Assembly: GCA_977017645.1 (NCBI GenBank)
Contig: OZ360247.1
Span: forward strand, 11,036,001 to 11,100,000
Source of the DNA: Torpedo marmorata
Lineage: Eukaryota
Reading direction: 5' to 3'
DNA: 64,000 nt
In this document: positions 36,186-48,615 of the stretch, piece by piece
Layout of the letters: the number at the start of each line of letters is the position of its first letter
Numbering within the stretch: the first letter of the stretch is position 1
The notes under the pieces: model-generated
Told to the model about the DNA's origin: nothing
Seen by the model: only the letters and a program-made list of their open reading frames with translations
Database searches by the model: none
Made by a program: the position numbers and the translations under genes

Positions 36186-37412
36186 CGTTGATCCCTATAT
36201 TACGTCCGAGGATGAAGTTTCAACATCCCCACCTTTGTGAAATACCAGAAATCCAGAAAGGAGAGGTGGGAGATGTTGGATCGATTTAGCAGGTCAGGCT
36301 GCGTCTAGAAAAAGACAATGAACATTTCAGGGTGCTTTTCCATCAGGATGAACAATATCACCAAACAATATCCCAGCGTGTGGTATTTATGTCCTTAATT
36401 CAGAGGCAGAGTAAAGATATTTCTTCTCGCTATAAAGTCGGACAATTTAATCAGAAATAATTTCAGCTGCGCTGAAAGACTTTTATCCCAAAGTATAATG
36501 AGTATCAAGTGTAAAAACTTCATTTTATTTTGAGAATTATTTATTTTTAAAAAGAAATGTGTGGACGCCAGTGGACCTTCCCATCTCATTCCGTGACAAG
36601 GGCCGCGTTAGCCGGCATGAACTCATTAGATGGCCCGATGGCCCAAGAGCTCCGCCGCCTCTCGATCCTCCGCGCCACCGTCAGCGCCACCCATCGCCGT
36701 GGGCGCCCGACACTCGGCAGCAGCGAGTCCCGCCTGGGCTGCCGGAGCTCCCACTGCCCCGAGCAGCACTCGTAACCTGGGCTGGGGCAGGGCAGGTGGG
36801 AGAAGCGGCAGAGAGAGGCCAGACGGTCGGCAGGAGACTGGTAGGTGAGAGAGCGATAGGGAGAGAAAGACAGAAAGAGAGAGAGAGAGAGAGCAAAAAG
36901 TTTAAAAATATGCATTCCAGAACATCGATAAAGAGAAGAATGCAAAGTCAGAAAAGTGATGCAAAAGATTCCGAAATAAGTCCTAAAAATCGCTGTTGAA
37001 AGTATCGCGTAAAATGTCTGGATAAATGAGAGGAAACTTGTAAAAAGTGATTACATTTTTTTAAAAAATCCAAAATGATAACATATGAAAAAATCGAAAA
37101 ATTAATGCAAAAAATTCACGTAAAAATGTCACCAAATGCGAAAAGGGTCACAAAAAAGCAGAGTCGCGAAAACGTGCGAAAGAATCGCGTAAAAAGTAAA
37201 GTAAGGGAGCGAAAAGTATTTTTAAAGAGGTGACATTTCAATCCATCGAAAAAGACAAGAGGGGAAAATGTCGGAAGATAGTCGCCAAAAAGTGCGAAAA
37301 AGTCACAAAAAGGGCGTGGCAAAAAGAGACAAAATGACGCGGAAAATAGGTTTGGAAATACCCCGATAAGAGAGCGAGCGAGGAAATGTAACGCTCATTT
37401 TTAACTATTAAC

Positions 37413-38028
37413 GTGAGTGTCTCCAGTACTTGTGTGTCCCTACTGCACTGCATCGCGGCATTGTCAGACCTTCCTGTTTACCACCAACTATTCGACAGCA
37501 CTGCGACCAGACACAAAATACTGAGATTATCGCCCCTTACTGGTTGGAACCGTGACTTCACCCAGTGCGAGGCGAGTGACGATGCGGCTCTATCTCCGCC
37601 CTGTGCTGAACTGGTTTTGGAACCTGCTCTCTCGCCCTGTTCCAGCCACCGAAGGAAGCAACGCAGTTACTTGCAGCACAACCTACGTTAACATTGCAGT
37701 GTCACATGTAGACGTCTGTGTTATGAATCAGTACATCAACTCCAGTAACAAGTCGATCGCTTCAGTATTTTCGTAGACGATTGAAGAGATGGGACAATGT
37801 GAAAAAAACCACCCGCCGCCCCTCGAAATGCTGGATCAGCCGCGACCGCTGTCACACAAAATCGCTTCTGCCTCCTCTCCACTGTATAGACGGCGCAAGG
37901 TTCCTTGTCGAAGATGAACCTGCAGGATTATTCTCGATGACTGGAATGTATTCCGCCTCAATTAAAAAAAATAAACTTCCTGATTAAAATCTAATTTTTC
38001 CTCGCTTTTATTCATGGTTTAAATTCAG
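37413..38028 (+). other. Intron-like, hairpin-rich 616-bp block of the array unit (present in 11 units)
   Basis: AAC|GTGAGT donor at 37413, CTAAT branch-like motif at 37991-37995, pyrimidine tract and TTCAG| at 38028; several stem-loops inside. Confidence 0.45.
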
Positions 38029-38178
38029 ATGGTGCTGTTGGTGACAATCTTGAAATGTTAGAAAGTTTAAAGGAATTTCTTGTAAATACTTCAAAACTCT
38101 CCAAGACTTACAAGCCACTCATAGTGTTCTATTCTGCAGACCATTTTATTTTAAAGCAGAAGACTTACTCTGTGCGTC

Positions 38179-38249
38179 AGGGCATTAGGTCACTGGTAGT
38201 GCAGTTAACTGCAGATCAAATGGTCCCAGGTCACATTTGGGTAGCCCCT
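38179..38249 (+). pseudogene. tRNA-Cys(GCA) pseudogene, copy 2
   Basis: Same sequence as 36115-36185. Confidence 0.8.
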
Positions 38250-40251
38250 CGTTGATCCCAATATTACGTCCGAGGATGAAGTTTCAACATCCCCACCTTT
38301 GTGAAATACCAGTAATTCAGAAAGGAGAGGTGGGAGATGTTGGATAGATTTAGCAGGTCAGGCTGCGTCGAGAAAAAGACAATGAACATTTCAGGGTGCT
38401 TTTCCATCAGGATGTACAATATCACCAAACAATATCCCAGCGTGTGGTATTTATGTCCTTAATTCAGAGGCAGAGAAAAGAGATTTCTTCTCACTATAAA
38501 GTCAGACAATTTAATCAGAAATAATTTCAACTGCGCTGAAAGACTTTTATCCCAAAGTATAATGAGTATCAAGTGTAAAAACTTCATTTTATTTTGAGAA
38601 TTATTTATTTTTAAAAAGAAATGTGTGGACGCCAGTGGACCTTCCCATCTCATTCCGTGACAGGGGCCGCGTTAGCCGGCATGAACTCATTAGATGGCCC
38701 GATGGCCCAAGAGCTCCGCCGCCTCTCGATCCTCCGCGCCACCGTCAGCGCCACCCATCGCCGTGGGCGCCCGAGACTCGGCAGCAGCGAGTCCCGCCTG
38801 GGCTGCCGGAGCTCCCACTGCCCCGAGCAGCACTCGCAACCTGGGCTGGGGCAGGGCAGGTGGGAGAAGCGGCAGAGAGAGGCCAGACGGTCGGCAGGAG
38901 ACAGGTGGGAGAGTGAGCGATAGGGAGAGAAAGACAGAAAGAGAGAGAGAGAGAGAGCAAAAGGTTTAAAAATATGGCATTTCAGAACATCGATAAAGAG
39001 AAGAATGCAAAGTCAGAAAAGTGATGCAAAAGATTCCGAAATAAGTCCTAAAAATCGCCGTTGAAAGCATCGCGTAAAATGTCTGGATCAATGATAGGAA
39101 ACTTGTAAAAAGTGATGAATTTTTAAAAAAAATCCAAAATGATTACATGACAAAAATCGAAAAATTGATGCAAAAAATTCACGTAAAAATGTCACCAAAT
39201 GCGAAAAGGGTCATAAAAAAGCAGAGTCGCGAAAACGTGCGAAAGAATCGCGTAAAAAGTAAAGAAAAAGAGCGAAAAGTATTTTTAAAGAGGTGACATT
39301 TCAATCCATCGAAAAAGTCAAGGGAGGGAAATGTCGAAAGATAGTCGCCAAAAAGTGCGAAAAAATCACGAAAAAGAGCGAGGAACAGAGGCAAAAAAGA
39401 GACAAAAAGACGCGGAAAATAGGTTTGGAAATAGCCCGATAAGACAGCGAGCGAGGAAATGTAACGCTCATTTTTAACTATTAACGTGAGTGTCTCCAGT
39501 ACTTGTGTGTCCCTACTGCACTGCATCGCGGCATTGTCAGACCTTCCTGTTTACCACCAACTATTCGACAGCACTGCGACCAGACACAAAATACTGAGAT
39601 GATCGCCCCTTACTGGTTGGAACCGTGACTTCACCCAGTGCGAGGCGAGTGACGATGTGGCGCTATCTCCGCCCTGTGCTGAACTGGTTTTGGAACCTGC
39701 TCTCTCGCCCTGTTCCAGCCACCGAAGGAAGCAACGCAGTTTCTTCCAGCACAACCTACGTTAACATTGCAGTGTCACATGTAGACGTCTGTGTTATGAA
39801 TCAGTACATCAACTCCAGTAACAAGTCGATCGCTTCAGTATTTTCGTAGACGATTGAAGAGATGGGACAATGTGAAAAAAACAACCCGCCGCCCCTCGAA
39901 ATGCTGGATCAGCCGCGACCGCTGTCACACAAAATCGCTTCTGCCTCCTCTCCACTGTATAGACGGCGCAAGGTTCCTTGTCGAAGATGAACCTGCAGGA
40001 TTATTCTCGATGACTGGAATGTATTCCGCCTCAATTAAAAAAAATAAACTTCCTGATTAAAATCTAATTTTTCCTCGCTTTTATTCATGGTTTAAATTCA
40101 GATGGTGCTGTTGGTGACAATCTTGAAATGTTAGAAAGTTTAAAGGAATTTCTTGTAAATACTTCAAAACTCTCCAAGACTTACAAGCCACTCATAGTGT
40201 TCTATTCTGCAGACCATTTTATTTTAAAGCAGAAGACTTACTCTGTGCGTC

Positions 40252-40322
40252 AGGGCATTAGGTCACTGGTAGTGCAGTTAACTGCAGATCAAATGGTCCC
40301 AGGTCACATTTGGGTAGCCCCT
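40252..40322 (+). pseudogene. tRNA-Cys(GCA) pseudogene, copy 3
   Basis: Same sequence as 36115-36185. Confidence 0.8.
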
Positions 40323-42321
40323 CGTTGATCCCTATATTACGTCCGAGGATGAAGTTTCAACATCCCCACCTTTGTGAAATACCAGTAATTCAGAAAGGAG
40401 AGGTGGGAGATGTTGGATAGATTTAGCAGGTCAGGCTGCGTCGAGAAAAAGACAATGAACATTTCAGGGTGCTTTTCCATCAGGATGTACAATATCACCA
40501 AACAATATCCCAGCGTGTGGTATTTATGTCCTGAATTCAGAGGCAGAGAAAAGAGATTTCTTCTCACTATAAAGTCAGTCAATTTAATCAGAAATAATTT
40601 CAACTGCGCTGAAAGACTTTTATCCCAAAGTATAATGAGTATCAAGTGTAAAAACTTCATTTTATTTTGAGAATTATTTATTTTTAAAAAGAAATGTGTG
40701 GACGCCAGTGGACCTTCCCATCTCATTCCGTGACAGGGGCCGCGTTAGCCGGCATGAACTCATTAGATGGCCCGATGGCCCAAGAGCTCCGCCGCCTCTC
40801 AATCCTCCGCGCCACCGTCAGCGCCACCCATCGCCGTGGGCGCCCGACACTCGGCAGCAGCGAGTCCCGCCTGGGCTGCCGGAGCTCCCACTGCCCCGAG
40901 CAGCACTCGTAACCTGGGCTGGGGCAGGGCAGGTGGGAGAAGCGGCAGAGTGAGGCCAGATGGACGGCAGGAGACTGGTAGGTGAGAGAGCGATAGGGAG
41001 AGAAAGACAGAAAGAGAGAGAGAGAGAGCAAAAAGTTTAAAAATATGGCATTTCAGAACATCGATAAAGAGAAGAATGCAAAGTCAGAAAAGTGATGCAA
41101 AAGATTCCGAAATAAGTCCTAAAAATCGCCGTTGAAAGTATCGCGTAAAATGTCTGGATAAATGAGAGGAAACTTGTAAAAAGTGATTACATTTTAAAAA
41201 AAAATCCAAAATGATAACATATGAAAAAATCGAAAAATTAATACAAAAAATTCACGTAAAAATGTCACCAAATGCGAAAAGGGTCACAAAAAAGCAGAGT
41301 CGCGAAAACATGCGAAAGAATCGCGTAAAAAGTAAAGAAAAGGTGCGATAGGTATTTTTCAGGTGTTGAAATTTCAATCCATCGAAAAAGACAAGAGAGG
41401 AAAATGTCGAAATAAGGTCGAAAATCACCAAAAATTGCGAAAAAGTCACGAAAAGGGCGTGGCAAAAAGAGACAAAATGACGCGAGAAATAGGTTTGGAA
41501 ATACCCCGATAAGAGAGCGAGCGAGGAAATGTAACGCTCATTTTTAACTATTAACGTGAGTGTCTCCAGTACTTGTGTGTCCCAACTGCGCTGCATCGCG
41601 GCATTGTCAGACCTTCCTATTTACCACCAACTATTCGACAGCACTGCGACCAGACACAAAATACTGAGATTATCGCCCCTTACTGGTTGGAACCGTGACT
41701 TCACCCAGTGCGAGGCGAGTGACGATGCGGCGCTATCTCCGCCCTGTGCTGAACTGGTTTTGGAACCTGCTCTCTCGCTCTGTTCCAGCCACCGAAGGAA
41801 GCAACTCAGTTTCTTCCAGCACAACCTACGTTAACATTGCAGTGTCACATGTAGACGTCTGTGTTATGAATCAGTACATCAACTCCAGTAACAAGTCCAT
41901 CGCTCCCGTATTTTCGTAGACGATTGAAGAGATGGGGCAATGTGAAAAATTCCCCCCGCCGCCCCTCGAAATGCTGGATCAGCCGCGACCGCTGTCACAC
42001 AAAATCGCTTCTGCCTCCTCTCCACTGTATAGACGGCGCAAGGTTCCTTGTCGAAGATGAACCTGCAGGATTATTCTCGATGACTGGAATGTATTCCGCC
42101 TCAATTAAAAAAAATAAACTTCCTGATTAAAATCTAATTTTTCCTCGCTTTTATTCATTGTTTAAATTCAGATGGTGCTGTTGGTGACAATCTTGAAATG
42201 TTAGAAAGTTTAAAGGAATTTCTTGTAAATACTTCAAAACTCTCCAAGACTTACAAGCCACTCATAGTGTTCTATTCTGCAGACCATTTTATTTTAAAGC
42301 AGAAGACTTACTCTGTGCGTC

Positions 42322-42392
42322 AGGGCATTAGGTCACTGGTAGTGCAGTTAACTGCAGATCAAATGGTCCCAGGTCACATTTGGGTAGCCCCT
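42322..42392 (+). pseudogene. tRNA-Cys(GCA) pseudogene, copy 4
   Basis: Same sequence as 36115-36185. Confidence 0.8.
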
Positions 42393-44393
42393 CGTTGATC
42401 CCTATATTACGTCCGAGGATGAAGTTTCAACATCCCCACCTTTGTGAAATACCAGTAATTCAGAAAGGAGAGGTGGGAGATGTTGGATAGATTTAGCAGG
42501 TCAGGCTGCGTCGAGAAAAAGACAATGAACATTTCAGGGTGCTTTTCCATCAGGATGTACAATATCACCAAACAATATCCCAGCGTGTGGTATTTATGTC
42601 CTGAATTCAGAGGCAGAGAAAAGAGATTTCTTCTCACTATAAAGTCAGTCAATTTAATCAGAAATAATTTCAACTGCGCTGAAAGACTTTTATCCCAAAG
42701 TATAATGAGTATCAAGTGTAAAAACTTCATTTTATTTTGAGAATTATTTATTTTTAAAAAGAAATGTGTGGACGCCAGTGGACCTTCCCATCTCATTCCG
42801 TGACAGGGGCCGCGTTAGCCGGCATGAACTCATTAGATGGCCCGATGGCCCAAGAGCTCCGCCGTCTCTCGATCCTCCGCGCCACCGTCAGCGCCACCCA
42901 TCGCCGTGGGCGCCCGACACTCGGCAGCAGCGAGTCCCGCCTGGGCTGCCGGAGCTCCCACTGCCCCGAGCAGCACTCGTAACCTGGGCTGGGGCAGGGC
43001 AGGTGGGAGAAGCGGCAGAGTGAGGGCAGATGGACGGCAGGAGACTGGTAGGTGAGAGAGCGATAGGGAGAGAAAGACAGAAAGAGAGAGAGAGAGAGAG
43101 CAAAAAGTTTTAAAATATGGCATTTCAGAACATCGATAAAGAGAAGAATGCAAAGTCAGAAAAGTGATGCAAAAGATTCCGAAATAAGTCCTAAAAATCG
43201 CCGTTGAAAGTATCGCGTAAAATGTCTGGATCAATGAGAGGAAACTTGTAAAAAGTGATGAATTTTTAAAAAAATCCAAAATGTTAACATGAAAAAAATC
43301 GAAAAATTGATGCAAAAAATTCACGTAAAAATGTCACCAAATGCGAAAAGGGTCATAAAAAAGCAGAGTCGCGAAAACGTGCGAAAGAATCGCGTAAAAA
43401 GTAAAGAAAAAGAGCGAAAAGTATTTTTAAAGAGGTGACATTTCAATCCATCGAAAAAGTCAAGAGAGGAAAATGTCGAAAGATAGTCGCCAAAAAGTGC
43501 GAAAAAATCACGAAAAAGAGCGAGGAACAGAGGCAAAAAAGAGACAAAAAGACGCGGAAAATAGGTTTGGAAATAGCCCGATAAGAGAGCGAGCGAGGAA
43601 ATGTAACGCTCATTTTTAACTATTAACGTGAGTGTCTCCAGTACTTGTGTGTACCTACTGCACTGCATCGCGGCATTGTCAGACCTTCCTGTTTACCACC
43701 AACTATTCGACAGCACTGCGACCAGACACAAAATACTGAGATTATCGCCCCTTACTGGTTGGAACCGTGACTTCACCCAGTGCGAGGCGAGTGACGATGT
43801 GGCGCTATCTCCGCCCTGTGCTGAACTGGTTTTGGAACCTGCTCTCTCGCCCTGTTCCAGCCACCGAAGGAAGCAACGCAGTTTCTTCCAGCACAACCTA
43901 CGTTAACATTGCAGTGTCACATGTAGACGTCTGTGTTATGAATCAGTACATCAACTCCAGTAACAAGTCGATCGCTTCAGTATTTTCGTAGACGATTGAA
44001 GAGATGGGACAATGTGAAAAAAACAACCCGCCGCCCCTCGAAATGCTGGATCAGCCGCGACCGCTGTCACACAAAATCGCTTCTGCCTCCTCTCCACTGT
44101 ATAGACGGCGCAAGGTTCCTTGTCGAAGATGAACCTGCAGGATTATTCTCGATGACTGGAATGTATTCCGCCTCAATTAAAAAAAATAAACTTCCTGATT
44201 AAAATCTAATTTTTCCTCGCTTTTATTCATGGTTTAAATTCAGATGGTGCTGTTGGTGACAATCTTGAAATGTTAGAAAGTTTAAAGGAATTTCTTGTAA
44301 ATACTTCAAAACTCTCCAAGACTTACAAGCCACACACAGTGTTCTATTCTGCAGACAATTTTATTTTAAAGCAGAAGACTTACTCGGTGCGTC

Positions 44394-44464
44394 AGGGCAT
44401 TAGGTCACTGGTAGTGCAGTTAACTGCAGATCAAATGGTCCCAGGTCACATTTGGGTAGCCCCT
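44394..44464 (+). pseudogene. tRNA-Cys(GCA) pseudogene, copy 5
   Basis: Same sequence as 36115-36185. Confidence 0.8.
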
Positions 44465-46471
44465 CGTTGATCCCTATATTACGTCCGAGGATGAAGTTTC
44501 AACATCCCCACCTTTGTGAAATACCAGTAATTCAGAAAGGAGAGGTGGGAGATGTTGGATAGATTTAGCAGGTCAGGCTGCGTCGAGAAAAAGACAAAGA
44601 ACATTTCAGGGTGCTTTTCCATCAGGATGTACAATATCACCAAACAATATCCCAGCGTGTGGTATTTATGTCCTTAATTCAGAGGCAGAGAAAAGAGATT
44701 TCTTCTCACTATAAAGTCAGACAATTTAATCAGAAATAATTTCAACTGCGCTGAAAGACTTTTATCCCAAAGTATAATGAGTATCAAGTGTAAAACCTTC
44801 ATTTTATTTTGAGAATTATTTATTTTTAAAAAGAAATGTGTGGACGCCAGTGGACCTTCCCATCTCATTCCGTGACAGGGGCCGCGTTAGCCGGCATGAA
44901 CTCATTAGATGGCCCGATGGCCCAAGAGCTCCGCCGCCTCTCAATCCTCCGCGCCACCGTCAGCGCCACCCATCGCCGTGGGCGCCCGACACTCGGCAGC
45001 AGCGAGTCCCGCCTGGGCTGCCGGAGCTCCCACTGCCCCGAGCAGCACTCGTAACCTGGGCTGGGGCACGGCAGGTGGGAGAAGCGGCAGAGAGAGGGCA
45101 GACGGACGGCAGGAGACAGGTGGGAGAGTGAGAGATAGGGAGAGAAAGACAGAAAGAGAGAGAGAGAGAGAGCAAAAAGTTTAAAAATATGCATTCCAGA
45201 ACATCGATAAAGAGAAGAATGCAAAGTCAGAAAAGTGATGCAAAAGATTCCGAAATAAGTCCTAAAAATCGCCGTTGAAAGTATCGCGTAAAATGTCTGG
45301 ATTCAATGCGAGGAAACTTGTAAAAAGTGATTACATTTTTTTTTTAAAATCCAAAATGATAACATATGAAAAAATCGAAAAATTAATGCAAAAAATTCAC
45401 GTAAAAATGTCACCAAATGCGAAAAGGGTCACAAAAAAGCAGAGTCGCGAAAACGTGCGAAAGAATCGCGTAAAAAGTAAAGGAGCGAAAAGTATTTTTA
45501 AAGAGTTGACATTTCAATACATCGAAAAAGACAAGAGGGAAAAATGTCGAAAGAAGGTCGATAGACGCCAAAAAGTGCGAAAAAATCATGAAAAAGAGCG
45601 AGGAACAGAGGCAAATAAGAGACAAAAAGACGCGGAAAATAGGTTTGGAAATACGCCGATAAGAGAGCGAGCGAGGAAATGTAACTCTCATTTTTAACTA
45701 TTAACGTGAGTGTCTCCAGTACTTGTGTGTCCCTACTGCACTGCATCGCGGCATTGTCAGACCTTCCTGTTTACCACCAACTATTCGACAGCACTGCGAC
45801 CAGACACAAAATACTGAGATTATCTCCCCTTACTGGTTCGAACCGTGACTTCACCCAGTGCGAGGCGAGTGACGATGTGGCGCTATCTCCGCCCTGTGCT
45901 GAACTGGCTTTGGAACCTGCTCTCTCGACCTGTTCCAGCCACCGAAGGAAGCAACGCAGTTTCTTCCAGCACAACCTACGTTAACATTGCAGTGTCACAT
46001 GTAGACGTCTGTGTTATGAATCAGTACATCAACTCCAGTAACAAGTCGATCGCTTCAGTATTTTCGTAGACGATTGAAGAGATGGGACAATGTGAAAAAA
46101 ACAACCCGCCGCCCCTCGAAATGCTGGATCAGCCGCGACCGCTGTCACACAAAATCGCTTCTGCCTCCTCTCCACTGTATAGACGGCGCAAGGTTCCTTG
46201 TCGAAGATGAACCTGCAGGATTATTCTCGATGACTGGAATGTATTCCGCCTCAATTAAAAAAAATAAACTTCCTGATTAAAATCTAATTTTTCCTCGCTT
46301 TTATTCATTGTTTAAATTCAGATGGTGCTGTTGGTGACAATCTTGAAATGTTAGAAAGTTTAAAGGAATTTCTTGTAAATACTTCAAAACTCTCCAAGAC
46401 TTACAAGCCACTCATAGTGTTCTATTCTGCAGACCATTTTATTTTAAAGCAGAAGACTTACTCTGTGCGTC

Positions 46472-46542
46472 AGGGCATTAGGTCACTGGTAGTGCAGTTA
46501 ACTGCAGATCAAATGGTCCCAGGTCACATTTGGGTAGCCCCT
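46472..46542 (+). pseudogene. tRNA-Cys(GCA) pseudogene, copy 6
   Basis: Same sequence as 36115-36185. Confidence 0.8.
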
Positions 46543-48544
46543 CGTTGATCCCTATATTACGTCCGAGGATGAAGTTTCAACATCCCCACCTTTGTGAAAT
46601 ACCAGTAATTCAGAAAGGAGAGGTGGGAGATGTTGGATAGATTTAGCAGGTCAGGCTGCGTCGAGAAAAAGACAATGAACATTTCAGGGTGCTTTTCCAT
46701 CAGGATGTACAATATCACCAAACAATATCCCAGCGTGTGGTATTTATGTCCTGAATTCAGAGGCAGAGAAAAGAGATTTCTTCTCACTATAAAGTCAGTC
46801 AATTTAATCAGAAATAATTTCAACTGCGCTGAAAGACTTTTATCCCAAAGTATAATGAGTATCAAGTGTAAAAACTTCATTTTATTTTGAGAATTATTTA
46901 TTTTTAAAAAGAAATGTGTGGACGCCAGTGGACCTTCCCATCTCATTCCGTGACAGGGGCCGCGTTAGCCGGCATGAACTCATTAGATGGCCCGATGGCC
47001 CAAGAGCTCCGCCGCCTCTCGATCCTCCGCGCCACCGTCAGCGCCACCCATCGCCGTGGGCGCCCGAGACTCGGCAGCAGCGAGTCCCGCCTGGGCTGCC
47101 GGAGCTCCCACTGCCCCGAGCAGCACTCGCAACCTGGGCTGGGGCAGGGCAGGTGGGAGAAGCGGCAGAGAGAGGCCAGACGGTCGGCAGGAGACAGGTG
47201 GGAGAGTGAGCGATAGGGAGAGAAAGACAGAAAGAGAGAGAGAGAGAGAGCAAAAGGTTTAAAAATATGGCATTTCAGAACATCGATAAAGAGAAGAATG
47301 CAAAGTCAGAAAAGTGATGCAAAAGATTCCGAAATAAGTCCTAAAAATCGCCGTTGAAAGCATCGCGTAAAATGTCTGGATCAATGATAGGAAACTTGTA
47401 AAAAGTGATGAATTTTTAAAAAAAATCCAAAATGATTACATGACAAAAATCGAAAAATTGATGCAAAAAATTCACGTAAAAATGTCACCAAATGCGAAAA
47501 GGGTCATAAAAAAGCAGAGTCGCGAAAACGTGCGAAAGAATCGCGTAAAAAGTAAAGAAAAAGAGCGAAAAGTATTTTTAAAGAGGTGACATTTCAATCC
47601 ATCGAAAAAGTCAAGGGAGGGAAATGTCGAAAGATAGTCGCCAAAAAGTGCGAAAAAATCACGAAAAAGAGCGAGGAACAGAGGCAAAAAAGAGACAAAA
47701 AGACGCGGAAAATAGGTTTGGAAATAGCCCGATAAGACAGCGAGCGAGGAAATGTAACGCTCATTTTTAACTATTAACGTGAGTGTCTCCAGTACTTGTG
47801 TGTCCCTACTGCACTGCATCGCGGCATTGTCAGACCTTCCTGTTTACCACCAACTATTCGACAGCACTGCGACCAGACACAAAATACTGAGATGATCGCC
47901 CCTTACTGGTTGGAACCGTGACTTCACCCAGTGCGAGGCGAGTGACGATGCGGCGCTATCTCCGCCCTGTGCTGAACTGGTTTTGGAACCTGCTCTCTCG
48001 CCCTGTTCCAGCCACCGAAGGAAGCAACGCAGTTTCTTCCAGCACAACCTACGTTAACATTGCAGTGTCACATGTAGACGTCTGTGTTATGAATCAGTAC
48101 ATCAACTCCAGTAACAAGTCGATCGCTTCAGTATTTTCGTAGACGATTGAAGAGATGGGACAATGTGAAAAAAACAACCCGCCGCCCCTCGAAATGCTGG
48201 ATCAGCCGCGACCGCTGTCACACAAAATCGCTTCTGCCTCCTCTCCACTGTATAGACGGCGCAAGGTTCCTTGTCGAAGATGAACCTGCAGGATTATTCT
48301 CGATGACTGGAATGTATTCCGCCTCAATTAAAAAAAATAAACTTCCTGATTAAAATCTAATTTTTCCTCGCTTTTATTCATGGTTTAAATTCAGATGGTG
48401 CTGTTGGTGACAATCTTGAAATGTTAGAAAGTTTAAAGGAATTTCTTGTAAATACTTCAAAACTCTCCAAGGCTTACAAGCCACTCATAGTGTTCTATTC
48501 TGCAGACCATTTTATTTTAAAGCAGAAGACTTACTCTGTGCGTC

Positions 48545-48615
48545 AGGGCATTAGGTCACTGGTAGTGCAGTTAACTGCAGATCAAATGGTCCCAGGTCAC
48601 ATTTGGGTAGCCCCT
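48545..48615 (+). pseudogene. tRNA-Cys(GCA) pseudogene, copy 7
   Basis: Same sequence as 36115-36185. Confidence 0.8.

Noticed and set aside
36318-36350. Minus-strand CCTGATGG...TGAAATG as a hammerhead that would make the array a retrozyme
   Set aside because: The core is degenerate (CUGAUGG, no stem II); it is better explained as a decayed Penelope pLTR remnant.
36557-36840. GC-rich block as telomerase RNA, 7SK or 7SL
   Set aside because: No CTAACCCT template and no recognisable 7SK or SRP motifs on either strand.
37460-37476. Minus-strand GGAAGGTCTGA resembling RNase P RNA conserved region I
   Set aside because: No matching CR-V (AATTCAGACTA-like) or other conserved regions downstream.
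37861-37880. ATCGCTTCT resembling the U2 snRNA 5' end
   Set aside because: Similarity stops after 9 nt; there is no branch-point-binding GTGTAGTA or Sm site.
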